From Candidatus Eiseniibacteriota bacterium (GTDB lineage Bacteria; Eisenbacteria; RBG-16-71-46; CAIMUX01; VGJL01): a stretch of 64,000 bases of DNA. The notes below the pieces were generated by a model. It searched no databases and was not told where the DNA came from. It worked only from the letters and a program-made list of their open reading frames with translations. Below are positions 11,598 to 21,546 of this stretch, one piece after another. Numbering within the stretch: the stretch's first letter is position 1; each line of letters starts with the position of its first letter. A program made the position numbers and the translations under genes. The DNA is taken from the NCBI GenBank assembly GCA_963792585.1, contig CAWBWI010000006.1, forward strand, positions 32,001 to 96,000, given 5' to 3'.

Positions 11598-13553
11598 TCA
11601 CTCGAGTTTCAGGATCCAGATGTCGGAGCGCGCGAACTGCCCCGACAGCACCCAGATATCAAAGGCGATCTCGCTGCCGTCTGGGGAGAACTCCGGATGC
11701 GCGGTATAGAAACCGTGGGTCAACTGCACCGGGGTGTCACCGTTCGCCGACATGATCCAGAGATTCTGATCCATGCCCTGGCCGGATACGAAGACGATCC
11801 GGGTCCCATCAGGAGACCACGAGGAGTTGCTGTCGTATGCGTCGTCATCCGTCAACTGGACAGCGTCGCCTCCATCCGCCGGAATGACCCAGATGTCCGA
11901 TCCACCGCCCTCTCTCGAGCGGCTGTACGCTATCTTAGCCCCGTCCGGAGACCAACTTGGTGAGTCACAGAGTGCCGTTCCATCCGTCAACGCTCGGGGC
12001 GCGCCGCCGGCTGCCGGGATTACGTAGACGTTCATTTGCCACGGGTCGGTCGAGTACTTGCAGTAGGCGATGCGTGACCCATCGGGAGACCACTTGCATC
12101 CGTTCAGATTCATGGTCTCTTGAATCAGGAGTGTGGCCGTCACGCCCGGTGTCACGGCCATGATCCACAATTCCCGAGGGTCGCGCCCGTTTCGCCCCGA
12201 GATGAAGACGAATCGGTTTCCATCCGGCGACCACGAGGGGTTCATATTGTCACCCGGGTAGTTCGTAATCTGTACCGGTGTCCCGCCGGAAGTGGGGATC
12301 CGACAGATCTGCGTGTAGTACTGCTCCGTCCAGTGCGTCTGGAACAGGATGCTCTGTCCGTCCGGGGACCACGAAGGGTTGTTCGCTCCCGACCCCAGAG
12401 CCGGACTTCTCGTCAGGCGCCGAATCGTCACGGTCGACACGGACCCGCTGGCGGCATTGGACGCCGTCGACCAGTTGGGCGCTTCGTCGGCGGTCTTCAG
12501 CGCGAAGAAATACGTTTGTCCCGCCTCCAAGCCGGTGACCGTGAATCGTTCCGCCGCCCCGGCGGTATCCGGCGCGGGCACTCCGGCGACCCGCGTCGCG
12601 GCCCCCCAGTTATGGTCGCGGACCTCCTCCAGCGAGTAGCGCAGATCGTACTCGACCGCGCGGCCGACCGTGCCGTTGTTCCCGGGCGCCGTCCAGCCCA
12701 GCGTCACACCCTGCGGGGCCGTCGACCAAACGGTCAGATCCGTCACCTGGCTTGGAGCCATGTAGTCCACGACAAGGGCGCTCGGCACGTTCGATATCGC
12801 CGACCAGTTGTGCACGTCGTCGGCGGTCTTGAGCGCGAAGAAGTATGTCTGCCCATTCTCCAAGTCCGTCACCGTGAACGATTCCGACGCGCCGGCGTCC
12901 TTGGGCGCGGGAACACCCGCCACGCGCGTCGCCGCCTCCCAGGTCTCGGAGGTGATCATGGCCAGTGCGTATCGAAGGTCGTATTCCGCCGCCCTTCCCG
13001 AGGCGCCGTCATTCCCCGGAGCGATCCAGGAAAGCGTCGCTGCCCGCGCGGTCGTGAAGGAGACGAGCAAGCTCACCACCCGATCCGGCGGTTCGAAGTC
13101 TCCGACGGTGGAGCTCACGACATTCGACAGCGGCGACCAGTTTGGGACCTCGTCGGCCGTCTTGATGGCGAAGTGCCACACGCCATAGGGCAACCCCGTG
13201 ATGTTGAGGCTCTGTCCATCTCCCGCGGGTCTCGGCAGTGGGATCGCGGTCAACAGCGTTGCCGAAGTCCAGGAACCCTCGGTGATCGGACTTGCCGCGT
13301 AGCGGATGTCATAGGCGGCCGCCTGCCCCGTCGATCCGTCGTCTCCGGGCGCATTCCATGTCAGGGTCACCTGTCGACCTGCCGGGCCGGTGACGTTCAG
13401 GTTCTGGATGGCCCCGGGAGGCGTCGTGTCCCCGGGATCCGGCTTGGTTGGTTTGTCGTCGCCGCAACCGGATCCGAGGAGGAAGAGGGAAAGGTAGAGG
13501 CAGGAAACGAAGACACGCGACCTGCGTGACCGGGATGTCGGCCGAGTTCCCAT
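11598..13553 (-). CDS. Lipoprotein with three FN3-like modules and a TolB/PD40 beta-propeller
   Basis: Lipobox LGSGC; three APG(D/N)(D/N)G...YD(I/L)RY...ADE/D..NWS modules; repeated WSPDG. The ATG at 13553 follows GGAGG. Confidence 0.85.
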   Translation of the reverse strand: MGTRPTSRSRRSRVFVSCLYLSLFLLGSGCGDDKPTKPDPGDTTPPGAIQNLNVTGPAGRQVTLTWNAPGDDGSTGQAAAYDIRYAASPITEGSWTSATLLTAIPLPRPAGDGQSLNITGLPYGVWHFAIKTADEVPNWSPLSNVVSSTVGDFEPPDRVVSLLVSFTTARAATLSWIAPGNDGASGRAAEYDLRYALAMITSETWEAATRVAGVPAPKDAGASESFTVTDLENGQTYFFALKTADDVHNWSAISNVPSALVVDYMAPSQVTDLTVWSTAPQGVTLGWTAPGNNGTVGRAVEYDLRYSLEEVRDHNWGAATRVAGVPAPDTAGAAERFTVTGLEAGQTYFFALKTADEAPNWSTASNAASGSVSTVTIRRLTRSPALGSGANNPSWSPDGQSILFQTHWTEQYYTQICRIPTSGGTPVQITNYPGDNMNPSWSPDGNRFVFISGRNGRDPRELWIMAVTPGVTATLLIQETMNLNGCKWSPDGSRIAYCKYSTDPWQMNVYVIPAAGGAPRALTDGTALCDSPSWSPDGAKIAYSRSREGGGSDIWVIPADGGDAVQLTDDDAYDSNSSWSPDGTRIVFVSGQGMDQNLWIMSANGDTPVQLTHGFYTAHPEFSPDGSEIAFDIWVLSGQFARSDIWILKLE

Positions 13554-13727
13554 GGAGGTCACCTCCGCGGCGGCAAGCGATCCCCCAGATAACCCCGCGA
13601 CCGCGATTCGATGCCGCCGCAACGATTCTAAGGCAGGACGGGGAAAACGCAACCGCCAAACAGGCCACGGGCCGCTGACATAGCCACCGGCCGCAGCGAC
13701 GGTCCATCACAACAATCGTGGTTACCA

Positions 13728-13771
13728 TTTACTCAGGACATTGAGTAATTTTACTCAACGTCCTGAGTAAA
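13728..13771. promoter_or_regulatory. Double palindromic operator-like site (TTACTCA-N6-TGAGTAA x2)
   Basis: TTTACTCAGGACATTGAGTAA-TT-TTACTCAACGTCCTGAGTAAA, located upstream of the 13553 lipoprotein gene. Confidence 0.6.
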
Positions 13772-13828
13772 CGGGAGAGGTCGCCATGGTCATTGCCCGT
13801 GGCGCATTGGGTAGCCTGACGAGCCCGC

Positions 13829-15087
13829 TCATTTCCCCAGCAACACCACCACCGCGGATGTGATCGCCAGCCCGGCCAGCGCCACGCTGAGCGCGATCGT
13901 GACCACGTTCCCGAAGAGCGAGTTCGTGTGGTCCCCCATGATGCTCTTGTCGTTGACCAGAACGAGCATGAAGATGAGCACGATCGGCAGGAGAAGCCCG
14001 TTGACGACCTGGCTCACGTACATGATCCCGAGCAGCGAGATCCCGGGAAGAGCATCAACCCCGGCGCCGATCACGATCAGCGCGGTGTACAGAACGTAGA
14101 ACTGCCGCGCCTCGTCGAAATTCTTGTCGACGCCCGACTCCCAGCCGAGCCCCTCGCAGATCGTATAGGAGGTCGAGAGCGGCAGGATGCTGGCCGCGAA
14201 GACCGATGCGTTCAGCAGCCCGAAGGCGAAGAGGCAGCGCGCGTACGCCCCGCCATCGGGGCGAGGGCTCGGGCGGCGTCTGCCGCGGAGTCGATCCGCA
14301 CCCCGTGCGCGTGCAGGTTCGTCGAGCAGACGACGACGATGAAGGCCGCGACGATCGTCACCGCGATGCAGCCGACGATCGTATCGAGCCTGCGAAAGGT
14401 AGTAGTCCTCCACGCGGACGTTCTTCTCGACGACCGAGGCCTGCTGATAGAACTGCATCCACGGGGCGATCGTCGTTCCGACCAGGCGCGATCAGCATCA
14501 CGACGTATCCGGAGTCGGGCGAATCGCGGGACGGCGATCAGCGCGCGAGACATCTCGCGTCCGGAAGGATGGCTCACGAACCCGGCCGACGATGTAGCTC
14601 ACATAGAAGAGGCAGGCCACGAGGAAGACCTTCTCCACCGTGCGGTAGCTCGCGCGCAGGACGATCGCCCAGACGAAGAAGGCCGCGAGCGGCACGCGTC
14701 ACGAGCGCGGGATCCCGAAGATCTCCCCCGCCGCCGCGACGCCGGCGAACTCGGCCAGGATGTTGCCGAAGTTGGTCACGAGCAGGCCGACCATCAGGTA
14801 GAAGGTCAGCCTGACGCCGAAGCGCTCGCGGATCAGGTCGGAGAGCCCCTTGCCGGAGACCACTCCCATCCGGTTGGACATCTCCTGGACGACGATGAGC
14901 GCGAGGCAGAGCGGAATGAAGATCCAGAGGGTGGCGAGCCCGTAGCGCGCGCCGGCCTGCGAGTAGGTCGTGATCCCGCCCGCGTCGTTGTCGACGTTCG
15001 CGGTGATGATCCCGGGACCGAGGATTGCGAGGAATAGGCGGCTGCGCAGCCGAAACGGCGGAGCTTTCCGCGCAGCCGGCCGGGCAT
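13829..15087 (-). CDS. NRAMP-family divalent metal transporter, NrmT/Mg2+-type (frameshifted)
   Basis: Minus-strand reading gives GPGIITANVDNDAGGITTYSQAG, GKGLSDLIRERFG, TIAPWMQFYQQ and SQVVNGLLLP. The ATG overlaps the upstream stop (TGATG). Confidence 0.85.
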
Positions 15088-16366
15088 CAGGCTCGGGCCT
15101 CCCGCCGGAACTCAGGCAGCAGCTCGTCGAAAGCGTGCTTGATCAGGATCACACCGAGCATCCGTCCGTCCGCGTCGACGACCGGGCAGCCCAGGAACGA
15201 GTACTTCTGGAACACCTCGGCGACCTCTCGAGGCTCTTCTTCCGGCATGGACGGTGACCAGGCGCGTTCTCCATGATGTCGCCGATTCGCTCATCCGGCG
15301 TCGCCGGAAGAGGCTGCGCAGGGTCGTCACCCCGAGGAGCTTCTTCTCGCGGATCGAGCACGTAGACGTAGTAGATCCCCTCGATCTCGGGGGCCTGCCG
15401 GCGGACCTCGTCGATCGTCTCGGCGACGGTCGCGTTGGGGCCGATCGAGACGAACTCGGGGGTCATGAGGGCGGCCGCCGTCTTCTCCTCGTACTCGATC
15501 AACTGCTCGAGCTGGGCGCGCTCGGGCGCCTCGACCTCGTCGATGATCTCTTCGCTCTGCTCGTCGGGCAGGCTCGTGAGGATGTCGGCCGCCTCGCCCG
15601 GATCCATCTCCTCGAGGATGTCGGCCGCAACGGAGGGCTCGAGCTGCGAGATGACGGCCGCCTGGACATCCTCCTCCGCCTCCTCGAGGACGTCGGCCGC
15701 GGCTTCGGTGCCGACCGCCTGCAGGATCATCGTCCGCTCGTCCTTGCCCAGGTCCTCCAGGATGTCGGCCAGCTCGCCGGGGTGCAGGTCGCGGATCTTC
15801 GCGTGCTCCACCTGAAGCCGGATCGGACGGCCGGGATCCTCGGACTCGCCGAGGGGCTGGACGAACTTCCACGAGATCAGCTCATCGGGAAGCGGCCGGC
15901 GGGTCACGCCCCAGAGGGCCCGGGCCGCCTTTTCGACGCCGAGTCGGCGGAGCAGCCCCGTGAATCCGACATCGACATGGACGATCCGCGCCCGGTCGGT
16001 CACGAGCAGGTGGACGTCGTTCACCCGCTCGACCTTCGCCCCCTGGACGTCGACGATCTGCTTGTCGAGGAGCAGATCGCGAATCAGGAAGTCGTGTGTT
16101 CCGAGCTTGAGATCATGCATGCCCGCAGCCTCGATCCGTAACGGCCTGCGGCGCGGGAGTTCGTGGAGTTCCGCCGTCGGCATCGAGACGACCTTCCGGC
16201 CGCCTGAGAGCAGGTCGACCACGAGCCCCCAGACGAGCGGGTACATCTCGCCGGCGCTGGCGACGAGGTCGACGGCCTTGCCGATCGCGCGGCCGTCGGC
16301 CCCCGCGACCTTGCGCCCCAGGATCTCAGAGACGAACAGAAAGGAAATGGCGCTGTCTCTCTGCAT
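15087..16366 (-). CDS. PRC-barrel / MgtE intracellular-N / CBS domain protein (frameshift near 3' end)
   Basis: LLDKQIVDVQGAKVERVND, LHPGELADILEDL and TAAALMTPEF. The true C-terminus ...IKHAFDELLPEFRREARA* ends at 15087. Confidence 0.85.
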
Positions 16367-16407
16367 CGCGGTCCTCCGGGCGGATGGGCAACGGCTCCGA
16401 TTGGAGG

Positions 16408-16462
16408 GTGGACGCCCCGGCCGGGAAGATCAAGGCCTGAGTCGCGGGGTCGCGAAGCTCTC
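16408..16462 (-). promoter_or_regulatory. Candidate structured leader upstream of Mg transport operon
   Basis: Minus strand reads GAGAGCTTCGCGACCCC-GCGACTCA-GGCC-TTGATCTTCCC-GGCC-GGGG-CGTCCAC. Nested pairing is possible, and it ends ~40 nt before the ATG. Confidence 0.35.
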
Positions 16463-16473
16463 GTAGAACCGGG

Positions 16474-16554
16474 GTGATCCGCATGCACGGGACCTGCGGA
16501 ACACAGCCGTCGAGGACCGTGATCCGCATGCACGGGACCTGCGGAACACAGCCG
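16474..16554 (+). repeat. Two identical 36-bp direct repeats, 9-bp spacer
   Basis: GTGATCCGCATGCACGGGACCTGCGGAACACAGCCG at 16474-16509 and 16519-16554. Confidence 0.9.
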
Positions 16555-16643
16555 ACGGGGGCCGCGAACCGCAGGACCGCGAACCCCCTTGCCCGCCGAG
16601 GCGGCCCGGATATCATGGACCCGTCTGCAGGAAGGAGGATTCG

Positions 16644-17228
16644 ATGCCGACCCGCTCTCCCTACGTCTTCCACCCGCTCACGGCCGACCGATGGAACGAC
16701 CTCGAGGCGCTCTTCGGTCCGCGGGGCGCCTGCGGCGGCTGCTGGTGCATGTACTGGCGGCTCCCCCGATCCAAGTACGACGCGGGCAAGGGGGCGTCCA
16801 ATCGACGCGCGTTCCACAAGCTCGTCGCCGGGGGCGCGGTCCCCGGGATTCTCGCCTATGCGGGTGACGAGCCGGTCGGCTGGTGCGCGGTCGCGCCGCG
16901 GGAGGAGTATCCCGGCCTCGGCCGCTCGCGGATCCTGAAGCCGATCGACGAGAAGCCGGTCTGGTCGGTGACCTGCTTCTTCGTCCGCCGGGACCATCGC
17001 TTCAAGGGTGTCACGACCCAACTTCTGAGGGCCGCCGCCCGCTTCGCCGCGGGGAACGGGGCTCAGATCCTGGAGGGCTACCCGACCGCCCCTTCGTCGG
17101 AGGGCGCGATGCCGGGAGCGTTCGCATGGACCGGGCTCGCCTCCGCGTTCCTGAAGGCCGGATTCAAAGAGGTCGCGCGTCGTTCCCCGACGCGGCCGAT
17201 CATGCGCCGCGCCCTGCGAAGCCGGTAG
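16644..17228 (+). CDS. GNAT-family acetyltransferase
   Basis: ACGGCWCMYWR, PVGWCAVAPR, VWSVTCFFVRRDHRFKGV and EGYP motifs; GGAGG RBS. Confidence 0.85.
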   Translation: MPTRSPYVFHPLTADRWNDLEALFGPRGACGGCWCMYWRLPRSKYDAGKGASNRRAFHKLVAGGAVPGILAYAGDEPVGWCAVAPREEYPGLGRSRILKPIDEKPVWSVTCFFVRRDHRFKGVTTQLLRAAARFAAGNGAQILEGYPTAPSSEGAMPGAFAWTGLASAFLKAGFKEVARRSPTRPIMRRALRSR

Positions 17229-17285
17229 TCGGGGGCTGGGGAGGTCACGAGCTCCAGCCGGGGTTCGCCGCACGGACAAGCAGGC

Positions 17286-17309
17286 CCCCCGGCGCTGTCC
17301 CGCCGGGGG
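17286..17309. terminator. GC hairpin between convergent genes
   Basis: CCCCCGGCG-CTGTCC-CGCCGGGGG. Confidence 0.45.
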
Positions 17310-17336
17310 TCCGTCTGTGATCGGTCGAGCGGCGGA

Positions 17337-18380
17337 CTAGTCCGGGTAGTTGGGATCCCCCACCGTCCCCGGCACGTAGTCGCCGTGGGCGAGGTGCGCG
17401 GGCAGCGCATCCATGGCGACATTGATCATCTTGTAGTTCCCGTTACCCATGAGGTGCGCGACCCGCACCTTCGTGGGCATGATGTCACCACCGTGGTTGT
17501 AGTACTCGTGGGTGTATCCGAGCAACGTCGCACTCCCAGTCGTCGTGTTGATCTTCAGGACCGGCGAACCGTTGGGATCGTCCCAGAAGGTAGTCATCGC
17601 CGTGGCGTAGAGGTTGTCGTTCTTGTCGAAGGCGATCGACATGACCTCCATGAAGTGGGGTGGATCGGCGTCCGGCACGCCGTAGATGTGCGTGACGAAG
17701 GTCCCGACACCGGTCTGCGTGTCGATGGTCCAGAGTTGGTTCTGGGTCGTCGCCCACAACCTGCCGCGAGAATCGAATGCCAGATCCATCCAGTCGGTCA
17801 TGCCGGAGTACATCGGCGCCCGCGTCGCAACGCCGGTCGCCTTGTTGAACGAGTAGAGGTAGCCGTCTCCGTGGATGTAGCCGAGGTGGGGAACGTCCAT
17901 CCCGAAGGTATAGAAGTTACCCTGGGCGTCGATGTCCGGGCCGCAGGTGTTCATTCCCAGATGCGGTCCGATGGGCGTCACCGCGCCGGTCAATGGGTCG
18001 ACGCGCGCGAACTGCGAGTAGCACTCCGCTTCGTTGAACGACATGAAGTTCAAGGTTGTATACATCGATCCGTCGAGATCGAAGGCGAGACCGAGCGGCG
18101 TCTCGCCGAGAGCGGGGTCCTGACCGAGGATCCAGATGACATCCCCGTGTCCGTCGTGCGTGTCGATCTTCTCGAATCCGCAGTACATGAAGTAGGGCTC
18201 GTTGTACCAGCGGAAGGAGTAGTACCCGGCCGGGAGCACATCGCTCTGGGGCAATGCGCCGGGTGCGGAAGGGGCACCGATTCCATATTGGGCCGGATCG
18301 GGACGGGTCGCGGGATCATCCGCGCACGAGAGGGCGAACAAGCCGACCGTGAGCAAGCTCAGAAGCAGGAAGCGTCTCAT
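17337..18380 (-). CDS. Lipoprotein, probable beta-propeller
   Basis: Lipobox FALSC; repeated (L/I)AFD..G/D.L(Y/W)A blades; C-terminal AHLAHGDY motif. Confidence 0.75.
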   Translation of the reverse strand: MRRFLLLSLLTVGLFALSCADDPATRPDPAQYGIGAPSAPGALPQSDVLPAGYYSFRWYNEPYFMYCGFEKIDTHDGHGDVIWILGQDPALGETPLGLAFDLDGSMYTTLNFMSFNEAECYSQFARVDPLTGAVTPIGPHLGMNTCGPDIDAQGNFYTFGMDVPHLGYIHGDGYLYSFNKATGVATRAPMYSGMTDWMDLAFDSRGRLWATTQNQLWTIDTQTGVGTFVTHIYGVPDADPPHFMEVMSIAFDKNDNLYATAMTTFWDDPNGSPVLKINTTTGSATLLGYTHEYYNHGGDIMPTKVRVAHLMGNGNYKMINVAMDALPAHLAHGDYVPGTVGDPNYPD

Positions 18381-18951
18381 CGCACAGCCCTCCTCAAGTT
18401 AGCCGTTAATACGGCGGCTGGGACCTCCGGCAGGCGCTGCGCGGGATGCTGTGACGGAACGGACAGATTCTCCCGAGATCCCGGGCCTGCCACGTTTGGG
18501 AAGCGTCCGGCCACTTGGGACGGCCATCCGGACAGAAGGCGCATACGCGCGCACGCAATCACCGTCACGAAGTCACCTTCCGCTCAAGGAAGCTACGCAT
18601 GCACGTCGGCGACGTCAAGCCACCCGGCTCGGGACCATCCAGTGAGGACATTCGGGAGCCGGGAGCAATCCCAAAACCAAGAGCATCAGGGGCCATCTCG
18701 TCGGGTTTGGCGATATGGGGGACTGCGCCGCGAAGATCTGATTCCAAAACATCGTCAGAGTGCCGCGTATCAGTTGATTTCGCATAGGATACCGGCGCAC
18801 AATATGACGGTCGTCTAAACGGATTGCCACCAACGCACGGAGTGTATTGTTTCGTACCGCGCTGTGAATACCTGCCTTCGATCCCTAGTTCGACGTCCCC
18901 GCGGAGACTGCATGCCGCGGGCAAGAGCGCTTCCATCAAGAGGGACCCGCC

Positions 18952-21339
18952 GTGAAAAGGACTTCCATCCTCGCGCTGCTACTCTGCCTGGTCATCATCC
19001 GCGAGGCCCCGGCGATCCGGGGCGTCGAGAACTACCCGAAGCTGCTGACCTATTCGTCAGCCATCAACGAGCTGCCGGCGGCGACACAGGACACGATCTC
19101 ATGGTATGACGTCGTCGTCTGCACCGAACGCCCGACGACGATCGTCTCGCTGCGGACACGCAACCCGGAGCAACGCTATCTCTGGGAGATCCAGCCGCAG
19201 TTCATCCAGCCGTACACGGAATCGGACCCCTGGTGGCTGCCTGACACCAGTTGGAGCGCGAAACGGCTGACGATGTTCTACGCGAAACAGAACGATTGGT
19301 ACATGCGCGATATCAACGGCCAGATCATCACCGACGGCACGCACAACCTCCTCAACTGGACCCGGTACTGCCCGGTGGGGACCTTCGGATCGTCCAAGGG
19401 TCTCCGCGCATCCCAGTGGATGGCGAGTGTCGGGCTGCCGACGATCGCCCTCTCCGGTCGCGGCCTCCCGGTCTGGAGTTGGGAGTCAGAGGATTCGTAC
19501 AACGGGTACATGTTCGAGATCCTGGTGGACTGCCTCGGCTCCTACGGTTGGCAGACCTATCAGTATGCCGATCCGAACCAGGACGGCGTGGCCGACGGGG
19601 TGACGCACACGTGCACCATGGGGGGCGCGGACGATACCCTTTCGGTCCTCTTTCGCGAGGAGAACGAGGACTTCTACCAGAGGCTCACCGTCGCATTCCC
19701 CTATGATTTCGTCTTCACGATCAACGAGAACACGAGTCCCGTGGGTCCCTGGTGGCGCACCCGTCTCTCCGGCATGAAGTTCGAGAACTGGATGCGGGGT
19801 TGGGGCCCGACCTGGGTCGATTGGTGGGATTGGTTCTACGGGAAGACGCCCCCCTCGGAGCCCCAGACGAACTGGGGAGCGGGCTATTACTGGGCCGAGA
19901 AGACCTTTGACAAGCCGGTCGTGGATCGGTTCAAAGGGTGGGACCTCTCCTTCATCGTGACCTGGAAGGAACGGGACAAGAGCGAGGCCGAGAACCTGCG
20001 GCAGATGCGATTCGGGCTGGGAACGGCCATGCTCGGCGACGGCTACTTCGACTACAGCTACGATGCCCGCCACCCTGTGTGGCAGCCGGAATTCGATTGG
20101 GACTTCGGCACTCCCGTCGGGGAATTCGATCGCGAGGTGTACGGGCAAGACACCGTCTACGTCCGCACCTTCACCAAGGGGATGGTGGAGGTCAACCCTG
20201 CCGTCGATGTCGTCAACGAAGTTCCCGCACAGGACACCCGCTTCACTTTTTGGATCCCGGTCCAAGATCTTCAGGCCGTGCCCTTTGGACCCAACGGGTT
20301 CTGGACGCAGTGGACATCGCCGGAGGGGGAAGGTGTCGAATCAGACTCCTTTGAACTTCGGTATGCGACGACCCCGATCACGATCGAGAACTGGGACGAC
20401 GCGACGCCCTATGCCGGCAATCCGGTCGACGCCGACCCGGGCGATGTGATCTCCCTTATCGTCACGGGGCTGGCGATCGATCGAACCTACTTTCTCGCCA
20501 CACGCTCGCACACGCGCGGGCACCTCGAGCCCGTCCTCTCGAACGTCGCCGAGGTCGCGGTCGGTGAAATCATCGACCTGATCCCGCCGGGAAGTATCGA
20601 GGATCTGCGGTCGACGAGGGTGGAGCCTCATGCGGTCGCGCTCGCCTGGACCTCCCAGGGGGATGACGGGGCTTTGGGCACCGCGACGCGCACGTTGATG
20701 CGTTTCCTCTTGGGCGAGACGATCGACGCCGAGGAGGATTGGGCGCGCGCCACGGTGGTGAACGGGCTGGGAGATCCGCTCCCTCCGGGAAGCACCGAGA
20801 CGTTCCGGATGGAGGGACTGGACTCGGACACGCTCTATGGTTTCTCCGTGCGCGCTGAGGATGAGGACGGCAATATCTCGGCGCTGGGCGCACCGTTGCT
20901 CATCCAAACGCCCGTGTCACCGCCACCTCCCCCGCCGGACCGCTCCGAGGAGACGCAGCTCGGTGACGATGGCGAGGACGGGGACGGACTTCGGAATCCG
21001 TTCGACAATCCAGATGCAGGTTCCCCGGGCGACTCGACGGCGCCCGAGCGGCCCTTCTCCCTGCGAGGCCCGTTGCCAAGCCGTCTCGAGGGGCACTTCG
21101 TGTTCGAGGTCGATCTGCCCTCCGAGTTCCGTCCGGATGAGCTGGTTCTGCTGATCGAAGATCCCATGGGCCGCGAAGTATGGAGCATGCGGGGCAGATC
21201 GAGGAATCGGGATGCCGGGGTGCTCTTCGTTTGGGATGGGACGGACGCCACCGGCGCGACCGTGGAGCCGGGCCCTTACTACGCCGTCGCACGGGCCGGG
21301 GTCGGCCGCATCCTTCACCGATTCGACCTCTTACAATGA
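18952..21339 (+). CDS. Secreted putative glycoside hydrolase (GHL15-like) with FN3-like modules and FlgD-like C-terminus
   Basis: Signal peptide; RFGLGTAMLGDGYF...DFGTPVG...VYVRTFTKGMVEVNP; two FN3-like modules; poly-Pro; WDGTDATG...PGPYY. Confidence 0.65.
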   Translation: MKRTSILALLLCLVIIREAPAIRGVENYPKLLTYSSAINELPAATQDTISWYDVVVCTERPTTIVSLRTRNPEQRYLWEIQPQFIQPYTESDPWWLPDTSWSAKRLTMFYAKQNDWYMRDINGQIITDGTHNLLNWTRYCPVGTFGSSKGLRASQWMASVGLPTIALSGRGLPVWSWESEDSYNGYMFEILVDCLGSYGWQTYQYADPNQDGVADGVTHTCTMGGADDTLSVLFREENEDFYQRLTVAFPYDFVFTINENTSPVGPWWRTRLSGMKFENWMRGWGPTWVDWWDWFYGKTPPSEPQTNWGAGYYWAEKTFDKPVVDRFKGWDLSFIVTWKERDKSEAENLRQMRFGLGTAMLGDGYFDYSYDARHPVWQPEFDWDFGTPVGEFDREVYGQDTVYVRTFTKGMVEVNPAVDVVNEVPAQDTRFTFWIPVQDLQAVPFGPNGFWTQWTSPEGEGVESDSFELRYATTPITIENWDDATPYAGNPVDADPGDVISLIVTGLAIDRTYFLATRSHTRGHLEPVLSNVAEVAVGEIIDLIPPGSIEDLRSTRVEPHAVALAWTSQGDDGALGTATRTLMRFLLGETIDAEEDWARATVVNGLGDPLPPGSTETFRMEGLDSDTLYGFSVRAEDEDGNISALGAPLLIQTPVSPPPPPPDRSEETQLGDDGEDGDGLRNPFDNPDAGSPGDSTAPERPFSLRGPLPSRLEGHFVFEVDLPSEFRPDELVLLIEDPMGREVWSMRGRSRNRDAGVLFVWDGTDATGATVEPGPYYAVARAGVGRILHRFDLLQ

Positions 21340-21546
21340 AAAGAGTCTTTCGCGGCGGATATTGTCGTGCCTATACTCGGACACGCCGGTACGTGACGAC
21401 TTTGATGAAGGGCGCATGGGAAGCCGGCTCCTGCGGTCGTAGCCGCAGGGAGAAGAACAACCAGCCTACCTGACGTCGCCGGCATCCCGATCTCGTACGT
21501 GTGTGTCGTGGCCACTTCGAGCTCCTGCCGGCAGGAGGATTGAAGA

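Noticed and set aside
16474..16554. 36-bp repeats as a CRISPR array
   Set aside because: Only two copies, a 9-bp spacer, and no cas genes in the window.
18381..18951. Long divergent intergenic region as an ncRNA or riboswitch
   Set aside because: Only weak, interrupted pairings and no recognisable family consensus.
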